Shown here in pieces: positions 13,001 to 27,154 of a DNA stretch of 64,000 nt. The stretch is from Macrostomum lignano (taxonomy: Eukaryota), in NCBI GenBank assembly GCA_002269645.1, contig NIVC01002579.1, positions 62,001 to 126,000 of the forward strand, written 5' to 3'. Each line of letters begins with the position of its first letter. Within the stretch, counting starts at the first letter, position 1. The translations under genes and the position numbers were made by a program. The notes under the pieces were generated by a model that did not search any database, was not told where the DNA came from, and worked only from the letters and a program-made list of their open reading frames with translations.

Positions 13001-16000
13001 CACTCTGGACTCAGAAAGCACTCGATTCTTGCAATGTCTGGCACTCTGGACTCAGAAAGCACTCGATTCTTGCAATGTCTGGCACTCTGGACTCAGAAAG
13101 CACTCGATTCTTGCAATGTCTGGCACTCTGGACTCAGAAAGCACTCGATTCTTGCAATGTCTGGCACTCTGGACTCAGAAAGCACTCGATTCTTGCAATG
13201 TCTGGCACTCTGGACTCAGAAAGCACTCGATTCTTGCAATGTCTGGCACTCTGGACTCAGAAAGCACTCGATTCTTGCAATGTCTGGCACTCTGGACTCA
13301 GAAAGCACTCGATTCTTGCAATGTCTGGCACTCTGGACTCAGAAAGCACTCGATTCTTGCAATGTCTGGCACTCTGGACTCAGAAAGCACTCGATTCTTG
13401 CAATGTCTGGCACTCTGGACTCAGAAAGCACTCGATTCTTGCAATGTCTGGCACTCTGGACTCAGAAAGCACTCGATTCTTGCAATGTCTGGCACTCTGG
13501 ACTCAGAAAGCACTCGATTCTTGCAATGTCTGGCACTCTGGACTCAGAAAGCACTCGATTCTTGCAATGTCTGGCACTCTGGACTCAGAAAGCACTCGAT
13601 TCTTGCAATGTCTGGCACTCTGGACTCAGAAAGCACTCGATTCTTGCAATGTCTGGCACTCTGGACTCAGAAAGCACTCGATTCTTGCAATGTCTGGCAC
13701 TCTGGACTCAGAAAGCACTCGATTCTTGCAATGTCTGGCACTCTGGACTCAGAAAGCACTCGATTCTTGCAATGTCTGGCACTCTGGACTCAGAAAGCAC
13801 TCGATTCTTGCAATGTCTGGCACTCTGGACTCAGAAAGCACTCGATTCTTGCAATGTCTGGCACTCTGGACTCAGAAAGCACTCGATTCTTGCAATGTCT
13901 GGCACTCTGGACTCAGAAAGCACTCGATTCTTGCAATGTCTGGCACTCTGGACTCAGAAAGCACTCGATTCTTGCAATGTCTGGCACTCTGGACTCAGAA
14001 AGCACTCGATTCTTGCAATGTCTGGCACTCTGGACTCAGAAAGCACTCGATTCTTGCAATGTCTGGCACTCTGGACTCAGAAAGCACTCGATTCTTGCAA
14101 TGTCTGGCACTCTGGACTCAGAAAGCACTCGATTCTTGCAATGTCTGGCACTCTGGACTCAGAAAGCACTCGATTCTTGCAATGTCTGGCACTCTGGACT
14201 CAGAAAGCACTCGATTCTTGCAATGTCTGGCACTCTGGACTCAGAAAGCACTCGATTCTTGCAATGTCTGGCACTCTGGACTCAGAAAGCACTCATTCTT
14301 GCAATGTCTGGCACTCTGGACTCAGAAAGCACTCGATTCTTGCAATGTCTGGCACTCTGGACTCAGAAAGCACTCGATTCTTGCAATGTCTGGCACTCTG
14401 GACTCAGAAAGCACTCGATTCTTGCAATGTCTGGCACTCTGGACTCAGAAAGCACTCGATTCTTGCAATGTCTGGCACTCTGGACTCAGAAAGCACTCGA
14501 TTCTTGCAATGTCTGGCACTCTGGACTCAGAAAGCACTCGATTCTTGCAATGTCTGGCACTCTGGACTCAGAAAGCACTCGATTCTTGCAATGTCTGGCA
14601 CTCTGGACTCAGAAAGCACTCGATTCTTGCAATGTCTGGCACTCTGGACTCAGAAAGCACTCGATTCTTGCAATGTCTGGCACTCTGGACTCAGAAAGCA
14701 CTCGATTCTTGCAATGTCTGGCACTCTGGACTCAGAAAGCACTCGATTCTTGCAATGTCTGGCACTCTGGACTCAGAAAGCACTCGATTCTTGCAATGTC
14801 TGGCACTCTGGACTCAGAAAGCACTCGATTCTTGCAATGTCTGGCACTCTGGACTCAGAAAGCACTCGATTCTTGCAATGTCTGGCACTCTGGACTCAGA
14901 AAGCACTCGATTCTTGCAATGTCTGGCACTCTGGACTCAGAAAGCACTCGATTCTTGCAATGTCTGGCACTCTGGACTCAGAAAGCACTCGATTCTTGCA
15001 ATGTCTGGCACTCTGGACTCAGAAAGCACTCGATTCTTGCAATGTCTGGCACTCTGGACTCAGAAAGCACTCGATTCTTGCAATGTCTGGCACTCTGGAC
15101 TCAGAAAGCACTCGATTCTTGCAATGTCTGGCACTCTGGACTCAGAAAGCACTCGATTCTTGCAATGTCTGGCACTCTGGACTCAGAAAGCACTCGATTC
15201 TTGCAATGTCTGGCACTCTGGACTCAGAAAGCACTCGATTCTTGCAATGTCTGGCACTCTGGACTCAGAAAGCACTCGATTCTTGCAATGTCTGGCACTC
15301 TGGACTCAGAAAGCACTCGATTCTTGCAATGTCTGGCACTCTGGACTCAGAAAGCACTCGATTCTTGCAATGTCTGGCACTCTGGACTCAGAAAGCACTC
15401 ATTCTTGCAATGTCTGGCACTCTGGACTCAGAAAGCACTCATTCTTGCAATGTCTGGCACTCTGGACTCAGAAAGCACTCAATTCTTGCAATGTCTGGCA
15501 CTCTGGACTCAGAAAGCACTCAATTCTTGCAATGTCTGGCACTCTGGACTCAGAAAGCACTCGATTCTTGCAATGTCTGGCACTCTGGACTCAGAAAGCA
15601 CTCGATTCTTGCAATGTCTGGCACTCTGGACTCAGAAAGCACTCGATTCTTGCAATGTCTGGCACTCTGGACTCAGAAAGCACTCGATTCTTGCAATGTC
15701 TGGCACTCTGGACTCAGAAAGCACTCGATTCTTGCAATGTCTGGCACTCTGGACTCAGAAAGCACTCGATTCTTGCAATGTCTGGCACTCTGGACTCAGA
15801 AAGCACTCGATTCTTGCAATGTCTGGCACTCTGGACTCAGAAAGCACTCGATTCTTGCAATGTCTGGCACTCTGGACTCAGAAAGCACTCGATTCTTGCA
15901 ATGTCTGGCACTCTGGACTCAGAAAGCACTCGATTCTTGCAATGTCTGGCACTCTGGACTCAGAAAGCACTCGATTCTTGCAATGTCTGGCACTCTGGAC

Positions 16001-18052
16001 TCAGAAAGCACTCGATTCTTGCAATGTCTGGCACTCTGGACTCAGAAAGCACTCGATTCTTGCAATGTCTGGCACTCTGGACTCAGAAAGCACTCGATTC
16101 TTGCAATGTCTGGCACTCTGGACTCAGAAAGCACTCGATTCTTGCAATGTCTGGCACTCTGGACTCAGAAAGCACTCGATTCTTGCAATGTCTGGCACTC
16201 TGGACTCAGAAAGCACTCGATTCTTGCAATGTCTGGCACTCTGGACTCAGAAAGCACTCGATTCTTGCAATGTCTGGCACTCTGGACTCAGAAAGCACTC
16301 GATTCTTGCAATGTCTGGCACTCTGGACTCAGAAAGCACTCGATTCTTGCAATGTCTGGCACTCTGGACTCAGAAAGCACTCAATTCTTGCAATGTCTGG
16401 CACTCTGGACTCAGAAAGCACTCGATTCTTGCAATGTCTGGCACTCTGGACTCAGAAAGCACTCGATTCTTGCAATGTCTGGCACTCTGGACTCAGAAAG
16501 CACTCGATTCTTGCAATGTCTGGCACTCTGGACTCAGAAAGCACTCGATTCTTGCAATGTCTGGCACTCTGGACTCAGAAAGCACTCGATTCTTGCAATG
16601 TCTGGCACTCTGGACTCAGAAAGCACTCGATTCTTGCAATGTCTGGCACTCTGGACTCAGAAAGCACTCGATTCTTGCAATGTCTGGCACTCTGGACTCA
16701 GAAAGCACTCGATTCTTGCAATGTCTGGCACTCTGGACTCAGAAAGCACTCGATTCTTGCAATGTCTGGCACTCTGGACTCAGAAAGCACTCGATTCTTG
16801 CAATGTCTGGCACTCTGGACTCAGAAAGCACTCGATTCTTGCAATGTCTGGCACTCTGGACTCAGAAAGCACTCGATTCTTGCAATGTCTGGCACTCTGG
16901 ACTCAGAAAGCACTCGATTCTTGCAATGTCTGGCACTCTGGACTCAGAAAGCACTCGATTCTTGCAATGTCTGGCACTCTGGACTCAGAAAGCACTCGAT
17001 TCTTGCAATGTCTGGCACTCTGGACTCAGAAAGCACTCGATTCTTGCAATGTCTGGCACTCTGGACTCAGAAAGCACTCGATTCTTGCAATGTCTGGCAC
17101 TCTGGACTCAGAAAGCACTCGATTCTTGCAATGTCTGGCACTCTGGACTCAGAAAGCACTCAATTCTTGCAATGTCTGGCACTCTGGACTCAGAAAGCAC
17201 TCAATTCTTGCAATGTCTGGCACTCTGGACTCAGAAAGCACTCAATTCTTGCAATGTCTGGCACTCTGGACTCAGAAAGCACTCGATTCTTGCAATGTCT
17301 GGCACTCTGGACTCAGAAAGCACTCGATTCTTGCAATGTCTGGCACTCTGGACTCAGAAAGCACTCGATTCTTGCAATGTCTGGCACTCTGGACTCAGAA
17401 AGCACTCGATTCTTGCAATGTCTGGCACTCTGGACTCAGAAAGCACTCGATTCTTGCAATGTCTGGCACTCTGGACTCAGAAAGCACTCGATTCTTGCAA
17501 TGTCTGGCACTCTGGACTCAGAAAGCACTCGATTCTTGCAATGTCTGGCACTCTGGACTCAGAAAGCACTCGATTCTTGCAATGTCTGGCACTCTGGACT
17601 CAGAAAGCACTCGATTCTTGCAATGTCTGGCACTCTGGACTCAGAAAGCACTCGATTCTTGCAATGTCTGGCACTCTGGACTCAGAAAGCACTCGATTCT
17701 TGCAATGTCTGGCACTCTGGACTCAGAAAGCACTCGATTCTTGCAATGTCTGGCACTCTGGACTCAGAAAGCACTCGATTCTTGCAATGTCTGGCACTCT
17801 GGACTCAGAAAGCACTCGATTCTTGCAATGTCTGGCACTCTGGACTCAGAAAGCACTCGATTCTTGCAATGTCTGGCACTCTGGACTCAGAAAGCACTCG
17901 ATTCTTGCAATGTCTGGCACTCTGGACTCAGAAAGCACTCGATTCTTGCAATGTCTGGCACTCTGGACTCAGAAAGCACTCGATTCTTGCAATGTCTGGC
18001 ACTCTGGACTCAGAAAGCACTCGATTCTTGCAATGTCTGGCACTCTGGACTC
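7069..18052. repeat. 41-bp satellite, ~268 near-identical copies (GATTCTTGCAATGTCTGGCACTCTGGACTCAGAAAGCACTC)
   Basis: Period 41 (GATTC at 7081 and 7122); 41-aa period in all three forward translations; only ~14 variant sites seen. Confidence 0.98.
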
Positions 18053-18945
18053 CAAATTGCAAATGAATGAAGCAAGTGTGTTAAGAAAAAGAATTGAAAA
18101 ACTAATTGATTTTTGAGAGCCGCAATGCTCAAAATAAAGTTGTGTTGTCTAAATGGATTTTAAATTGGAAAAATCTGTCCATGTCGTTATTGTACCCTTT
18201 TGTATGAACTATGATTGTTGACGGATTTCTAGTCAACTCTTCTGCTCTGTCAGATGCACTTTGAAAAGGCATGGTAAAGAATCAATCAATAGTCTATGGT
18301 TAATTTTTCGGTAATTTCGTTAATTTTCCGGCGATGATCTAAAAAGAGCGAAACCCAGTCTATGGCCCGAAACCCTGCGCATTCTCGAGAGAATGCTAAG
18401 CGCACCAATTTTATAGCTGGGAAGCACTGCAGAGCTACATGTAATTGTCTTGCTCAAGGATACAAATTGTTCCAGTGGGATCGAGAATCGAACCCCCAAG
18501 CTTTAAGTCGTGATTCCGACGCCCCACGACTAACCACTAGGCTACAACCCCTATTTCATTTCTAAGAAAATCGAGTGGACGTAAATGTCATGTAATCTAC
18601 TAATAGTAGTTTGAACGAAGACAATTTTTTCTTTGCAACTAAAATCCCTTTAAATTGCTTAAGCCAATAAAATTTCAGCTTCACTTAGGAATTACTAAGG
18701 AGAGTTATCCCATCTATATTTGTATGCGATAGAAATCCTGCTTTAATGCGTGTGTAGGAATTTCCTCTAGATATAAGATTTTGTCAAATCGCACGAAAAT
18801 TCAATAATAAATTTGTCGGTTCAACTCATCGCTATGCTTGAGACTGGGTAAGAGCAGCACTAAGCCATGTTCACTGCTGTATTCACAGTGTTATTCATTC
18901 ATAGTTTTGCTTAGTTCATTCACGCACCTAATATGGTGTTCAGGT

Positions 18946-19820
18946 CTGATTGATAGCTGTGCTGATTGATTGTTAGCTGCGCTGATTGTTAGCTGTGCTG
19001 ATTGATTGATAGCTGTGCTGATTGTTAGCTGTGCTGATTGTTAGCTGTGCTGATTGATTGTTAGCTGTGCTGATTGATTGATAGCTGTGCTGATTGATTG
19101 TTAGCTGTGCTGATTGTTAGCTGTGCTGATTGATTGTTGACTGTGCTGATTGTTAGCTGTGCTGATTTATTGTTAGCTGTGCTGATTGATTGATAGCTGT
19201 GCTGATTGTTAGCTGTGCTGATTGATTGATAGCTGTGCTGATTGATTGTTAGCTGTGCTGATTGTTAGCTGTGCTGATTGATTGTTAGCTGTGCTGATTG
19301 ATTGATAGCTGTGCTGATTGTTAGCTGTGCTGATTGATTGTTAGCTGCGCTGATTGTTAGCTGTGCTGATTGATTGTTAGCTGTGCTGATTGTTAGCTGT
19401 GCTGATTGATTGTTAGCTGTGCTGATTGTTAGCTGTGCTGATTGATTGATAGCTGTGCTGATTGATTGTTAGCTGTGCTGATTGTTAGCTGTGCTGATTG
19501 ATTGTTAGCTGTGCTGATTGATTGTTAGCTGTGCTGATTGATTGTTAGCTGTGCTGATTGATTGATAGCTGTGCTGATTGATTGTTAGCTGTGCTGATTG
19601 TTAGCTGTGCTGATTGATTGATAGCTGTGCTGATTGTTAGCTGTGCTGATTGATTGTTAGCTGTGCTGATTGATTGATAGCTGTGCTGATTGTTAGCTGT
19701 GCTGATTGATTGATAGCTGTGCTGATTGTTAGCTGTGCTGATTGATTGTTAGCTGTGCTGATTGTTAGCTGTGCTGATTGATTGATAGCTGTGCTGATTG
19801 ATTGATAGCTGTGCTGATTG
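18946..19820. repeat. 16/20-bp minisatellite (TAGCTGTGCTGATTGT with optional extra GATT)
   Basis: Direct reading; about 45-50 units. Confidence 0.93.
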
Positions 19821-20434
19821 ACAGTTCAATTTGAGTATCAGTGACAGGGGGCCAACCCGATAGTCAGTCACTGAGCCAGTGGTAGCCGCCACTACTCGCG
19901 AATTCCCTCACTTCGAGAGAAAAGTTCGACCAACTCAAGGACGCTCCATCAGGCTTAAGTGCAATGTAATGTCTTTGTGTCCGGCTGCTCATCTCATCTC
20001 CATCCTTGAGACTTGCCCAGCAACTGCAGTAGACATGCGGGCCTACGCCAGGACCCAGCCCATCTGTCAGCAAGAAATCCTTGTTGAACAAATAAAAAAG
20101 CTGAGGACGGTCACTCGCTGGATGGAAGCTACTCAGCTAAATTGCCTGGCAACTCTTATTGTCATTTCTAAGAGTGGCTAAAAGTACAAACTCCTGCTCA
20201 TACTCATTCTTTGTTCCTCAGAAATTCTGCACTGGAAAATTTATGTTTATTCGAGGTCTTCGAGAGAGGCCTCAAAATGAGGCAGATTGTATGCCGTGAC
20301 AGTTCAACTGGGCAGACCTGCAGCTGTTTGGGATTCTTTCCAAGTTCTGAGTTTGCTCCCCATCCTCTTTTGTGATGCTGCAGCTGCCTTGCTGCATTTC
20401 TCAACCAGTCACTCACTGCTTCTGACTTTCCGTG

Positions 20435-21186
<752 letters not shown>

Positions 21187-21820
21187 GCTAGTTAATGATT
21201 TAAATGTCTCTCTCAAACCCAGGTGAATTTTACCTCTTAAAATTTCCAATTCAACTATTGATTGCTAAATATTTCAAGCAGGATATAGAAACTCATTTAC
21301 GCGTTGGGGCAATATCTGGGTCTATGGAATGCCATATACGCCACTGCAGCTGATCCCTAATTGTCTTCAAATTTCATTCGGTTTCAGTGAAGCGCAAAGG
21401 AAACCCATTAGCGACTCGGCCCGGCGGATTCTGGGACAGAAACTGCATCATTCAGATAATCGCTGGGTGCGGCGATGCCTCTCTACTTCTCCCATTCATC
21501 TCTCCCTCCCCCGTTTTCCCGGTTCAGCTGACAGAAATTGTGATTTACAGCTTCCATCTGAGCTCAGCTGGGTCTGGGCCGCGTCTTGGCTAATCTGTTG
21601 TTGCGCATTAATATTCCAATAGGCTGAGAATTTTTTCTCACACCATCTATCGAAGGCTGTGTCGCCAGTCTCTGGGGGGAGTGGGATTGCAGCTGCTGGC
21701 CTGGGAAACAAATAAAATTAGCTCATTTGTATGGATAACATCTTCCTCGGGCGATTCTGGAGCTGGGAATTCTGCGTTTTCAAAATCACATGAGCTTTGT
21801 TAAATCAATTAATGAAAATA

Positions 21821-22226
21821 ATGGATTGCTAATCTAGCCTACCCAAATGAAGGAATAGAATGGATTGCTAATCTAGCCAACATCAGTGAAGGAATAGAAT
21901 GGATTGCTAATCTAGCCTACATCAATGAAGGAATAGAATGGATTGCTAATCTAGCCTACATCAATGAAGGAATAGAATGGATTGCTAATCTAGCCTACAT
22001 CAATGAAGGAATAGAATGGATTGCTAATCTAGCCTACATCAATGAAGGAATAGAATGGATTGCTAATCTAGCCTACATCAATGAAGGAATAGAATGGATT
22101 GCTAATCTAGCCTACATCAGTGAAGGAATAGAATGGATTGCTAATCTAGCCTACATCAATGAAGGAATAGAATGGATTGCTAATCTAGCCTACATCAATG
22201 AAGGAATAGAATGGATTGCTAATCTA
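21821..22226. repeat. 39-bp minisatellite, ~10 copies (AATGGATTGCTAATCTAGCCTACATCAATGAAGGAATAG)
   Basis: GGATTGC at 21901 and 21940 gives period 39. Confidence 0.95.
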
Positions 22227-23154
22227 GCCAATACCAATGGCTATGCATGCTAGTAGAGCACGGAGGTGCAAAAAGTAGTCTGCAGCCGGTGCCAATCTGT
22301 CATCGAAAAAACCTATTTTACAACCATTTGCTAAACTCGCCCCAATACCCATCCTATCCAGTCCACAAAGACAGCCATTATTGACACATTTATCACCTCG
22401 GTGCTCTGCAATGCGCACTGGCAAATCATGATTTGGCTGCCTATAGGCTGAACAAAGCAGGCAGCAACTCCGGGAGCCAAGTGTCGCTAATGGAAGAGCT
22501 AACAGAAATTTCTGCTTTTTTTTCTCGTCAATCTGGCCGGGAAGAAAAACGCGCTTGAGTACACAAAAGTCTGCGAAGCATTGTGCCACAATTGATCATT
22601 CTTTCGGGTTCGGGAAGTTTAGCGGTAAATCAATCAGGCTTTGAGTACGTATTATGCAGAAGGTCAGGCATGTACACTCTCTGTGTCCTGGGGGGATGGC
22701 CCTTCTGAGTGTGAATCGTAGGACAACCCACCAACCCATTTTTGTGTGCACAAGCCCCACATGAATGCGGGCCGCTCACGGAATCGAACCAGGGGTCCCT
22801 CACTTCCACGACAGTTTCGTTTAGAAAATTAATCTTACAAAATGCTAGTTGAACTCACTAAGTCGTAAATTTTAGTCAATTTTAACAAATTCCTATTTAT
22901 TTTAACAAAGAAATCATGCTACTCCTGTTAACGCACAGCCAATTCAAGGATACACACAATATAGTGCTGTACAGTTATAAACCAAACACGGGGGGGGGGG
23001 GTAGAAATTGGAATCTCTGATTTGCAGTCAGCTTAGTCCGAGGGTCATTGCAGGGTTGAATCCAGATCCTTCTCAGGTATTTCAACGCCGGATTTCCTAC
23101 GGAAAATCTGTGCTTAACTGCGAAAAACTCATGCCTTAAAATCCTAGCCGGACG

Positions 23155-25324
23155 ATGCTGTCAAAAATATCTGAGCAAGCTAGCAGCATCAATGACAGCA
23201 TCGAAGTCGGCAACATCAGCGAGACACCGCGGCCGATGGACTGGCTGTGGAAGCGACAGCTTCATTCGGCTATGTGGAGCTGCTTGCCTCCGATTCTCAT
23301 CCTGTGCGGTCTGGCCTGCAACTTCTGCGCCTTGCTGGTGCTGCTGCGGCCCAGGATTCGGCGATCACAGGTTGGCGACCGAGCTGGTTTGCTTTTAGTG
23401 ACGAGTGCTGATGGGTCTTCAGTGATGCTGTTGAGTCTTCATTGACGAGTGCTGATGGGTCTTCAGTGATGCTGTTGAGTCTTCATTGACGAGTGCTGAT
23501 GGGTCTTCAGTGATGCTGTTGAGTCTTCATTGACGAGTGCTGATGGGTCTTCAGTGATGCTGTTGAGTCTTCAGTGACGAGTGGTGATGAGTCTTCAGTG
23601 ACGAGTGCTGTTGTGTCTTCAGTGACGAGTGCTGTTGTGTCTTCAGTGACGAGTGCTGTTGTGTCTTCATTGACGAGTGCTGATGAGTCTTCATTGACGA
23701 GTGCTGATGAGTCTTCAGTGACGAGTGGTGATGAGTCTTCAGTGACGAGTGCTGTTGTGTCTTCAGTGACGAGTGCTGTTGTGTCTTCAGTGACGAGTGC
23801 TGTTGTGTCTTCATTGACGAGTGCTGATGAGTCTTCATTGACGAGTGCTGATGAGTCTTCAGTGACGAGTGGTGATGAGTCTTCAGTGACGAGTGGTGAT
23901 GAGTCTTCAGTGACGAGTGCTGATGAGTCTTCAGTGACGAGTGGTGATGAGTCTTCATTGACGAGTGCTGTTGAGTCTTCATTGACGAGTGCTGATGGGT
24001 CTTCATTAACGAGTGCTGTTGTGTCTTCAGTGACGAGTGCTGTTGTGTCTTCAGTGAAGAGCGTCTTCCGGGATGAGTGCTAATGCGTCTTCCGGGATGA
24101 GTGCTGATTGGTCTTCAGTGACGAGTGGTGATAAGTCTTCAGTGACGACGAGTGCTGTTGTGTCTTCAGGGATGAGTGCTGATGGGTCTTCAGGAACGAG
24201 TGCTGTTGTGTCTTCAGGGATGAGTGCTGATGGGTCTTCTCAGGGACGAGTGCTCTCTGTATCTTTACTGTCTTCCCTGACAATTTCTGCTGTTTTTATT
24301 GTTGTGTGAAGCTCATCATACAATGGTGAAGCTCAAATGAATGCAAAAACGCCCACACTCCCAAACAAACAAGGTGGTGCATCTTCCACTTTCGGTCCTG
24401 GCAATCGTAGACTCTCTGGCCCTTCTTACCGGACCGTTGCGTCATTGGCTGCGCAAGGCGGCCTACTTTAAAAGTCGCTTCGGCAACGCATTGGATCCTC
24501 AGGTGACCTGCGGCTTGTGCTGCAAGCTGCACGAACTGTCACTCTACCTCAGCCTGATGGTGGCCTCCTGGTTGGTAGCTCTAGTAGCCGTGGAGCGATT
24601 CGCCGCTGTGTGCATCTCCCCTGGCAACTGGGCGCGAGCGTTCCTAGTGTCTAGACGCGGACTGGCAATCATCATGTCCACAGGATTCGTCTGCCTTGTA
24701 GGCTGCAATTTGCACTTTCTGGTCACCCGGCATCTAGTCGTGAACTCCACAGCGCCACTGGGCTGGCGCAGATCTTGCGAGAACTCCGAGGACTATCAGT
24801 ACTTTGTCGAGCGAGTGTTCCCTCAGATAGACCTGGCGCTCACCGCTTTTGGACCGTTCCTAATCATTCTGGGCTGCAATGCGTGCATTTTAGTTAAGCT
24901 GAGGGCCGTACGCCGGGACTCAATGCTCGGCTCCGGCCAGTCCAAGCTGGCCAACTACCGAACCACCGTCATGCTGCTGCTCACCAGCTTCGCATTCGTT
25001 GCTTTGACATCGCCAGTGAAGCTCTACCTTACCTGCCTGGGCGGCCCGCATCCCCAGTCGGACAGTCTGTCAGAGAGCGACTACTACTCATACAGGGTGG
25101 TCTGGACAGCCTTGCTGATGCTGCAGTTCGCCAATCACTGCTGCAACTTTCTGCTCTACTGCGTCGGGAATCCGCTGTTCCGCAGGGAGGCGGCCGAGCT
25201 GTTCTCCTGCTGCTTCGGGTGCGGCCAGCGAGATGAGGCCAGCAGCGGCATCGGCCTGGAGGCCAGATCGCGAGGTGCGAGCGAGTCGCGACAGCTGGTC
25301 AGAGAGGACACGTGCAGAGTGTGA
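23155..25324 (+). CDS. Class A (rhodopsin-like) 7TM GPCR, peptide-receptor-like; two exons 23155-23370 and 24374-25324
   Basis: Exon 1 gives the N-terminus and TM1 (LPPILILCGLACNFCALLVLLRP), donor CAG|GTTGGC phase 0. Exon 2 gives TM2 (LSVLAIVD), the AVERF (DRY-equivalent) motif, PFLIILGCN, and TM7 NHCCNFLLYC. The acceptor at 24373 is weak (no pyrimidine tract) but is the phase-compatible one. Confidence 0.88.
23398..24240. repeat. 24-bp minisatellite filling the GPCR intron (GACGAGTGCTGTTGTGTCTTCAGT variants)
   Basis: Starts ~28 nt after the donor; source of the SSVTSAVV and KTHHHSSL spurious ORFs. Confidence 0.93.
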
Positions 25325-25449
25325 CTGATTGAGATTAATCTTTACTTATTTCTTAGCGATGGATTGTTCAAAGTAGCTGAGGCAGTGCGAATGAGGATTT
25401 ACATCGCTAAAGTACTTACGAATTGCCTTTGTAAATAAGCACCCAAAAA

Positions 25450-25830
25450 CCGCCAGTCCAAAGACCGCCACCCCATCGACCGCCACCCCATAGACCGCCA
25501 CCCCATAGACCGCCACCCCATAGACCGCCACCCCATAGACCGCCACCCCATAGACCACCACCCCATAGACCGCCACCCCATAGACCGCCACCCCATCGAC
25601 CGCCACCCCATCGACCGCCACCCCATAGACCGCCACCTCATAGACCGCCACCCCATCGACTGCCACCTAATAGACCGCCACCCTATAGACCGCCACCCCA
25701 TAGACCGCCACCCCATCGACTGCCACCTCATAGACCGCCACCCTATAGACCGCCACCCAATAGACCGGCATCCCATAAAACGCCACCCTATAGACTACCA
25801 TCCCATAGACCGCCACCCCAAAGACCACTA
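25450..25830. repeat. 15-bp minisatellite (ATAGACCGCCACCCC) downstream of the GPCR stop
   Basis: About 24 copies read directly. Confidence 0.92.
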
Positions 25831-27154
25831 CCCTAAAACCTCATCTTAAAACACTCACACTCAGAATGAAAATTAATGGAAATATTATTGCTGTCTTTAC
25901 ATCTATCAATCTATCCATTTATCACTATATATTGTGTATATGCTTGGCCCCGGTCATTCGATTTACATGACTCAATGCTTTGAAGTCATTGGCTTCTCTA
26001 TAAATAGCAGCTGCATGTACATCACACATCGTTAATACCTCAACATCCAACAATATTTATTATATATTGACATAATTCTTTTGTCACTATAACCACCGAA
26101 CCGATAATTCTAGGTTATGCTGCACCCTGAGTTCCTAGATTAATTTTCATTATTCATTTATTGAGATATTGACTATTTGTTATTATCATAGTGCCCCCCC
26201 CGCTGTTCTGTAATTTTTTAAATTGATTTGCATTGCAATTTCAATTACTGTTTCATTAGCCATTCACAATGTAATTGTAATTTCTCCACTCTTTTCCTTT
26301 ATCATGATTAATTAAGAGAATTTCGATTTTCGTAAAAAGTGGGTTTTTAGCTGCATATAGTCTGAATGGCATCTGTGAACAGGCAACTCACCTGTAGTTG
26401 CTACCCGTTGCACCAGTCAAGCTCCACCCGAACTCTGCTCAAGCAAGCACTCACCGATCGCAGACCAACCCCGGGGAACAAAAATAACTAATTCAATTGT
26501 TTGTCCAGTTGTCCAGAATGGACAGTTCTCATTTGTCTGTTACTAGCTCGTAAGTTCTTAGCTTACTAGATAAAAGTGCATTTTGAAGCCCAATGCAGTC
26601 GCATGAGTTTAAAAGCCTAAAAAGTTGCATAATAGTGCATGATAGAGCCATAATAATTATTTTATAGAGGCCGGCATTTAGTGCTCTGCTGCTCAAAAGC
26701 CAAGCCAGTTCACTTATTCGCCATGCAGGCAGTTCATTAAATTCGTGCTTAACGATGCCCGATGCAACGAGAGGGTTTGAGTCTTCTGCCTTCTGTACCC
26801 GAGTTCGGGTAGCCTTTTGCACGAACTCACTCGATCTTTGTGGTAGTCGTTGTGGCAGCCCCCCGTTTGAAGGCTGCTTTTGAAGTGAGCAGTGGAGAAC
26901 GATAGGCAAATAATTGCTAGACACTTCAGTGCGCAGTTTGAGGACTGTTGAGCACACACACAGAAACTCGGTGCATGGTGAAGCCATACACCAGACTACA
27001 TAGAAAACTTTTTTAACCACACAGTTTGAGTAATTAGCACCAATGGGGGTCTCAAGTCTCAGGCAATCTTATTTCAAGATGGACTACGCAAAAACGGCTA
27101 TAAAACAAAAACGTTTTTTGTCCAAGAGCTCAATTTGAATTTCCTTTAGCCGTC

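Noticed and set aside
7061-18116. Three 3,550-3,676-aa ORFs as a giant repeat protein gene
   Set aside because: They follow from a stop-free 41-bp unit read in three frames. There is no unique domain, the same peptide appears in every frame, and there is no synonymous variation pattern.
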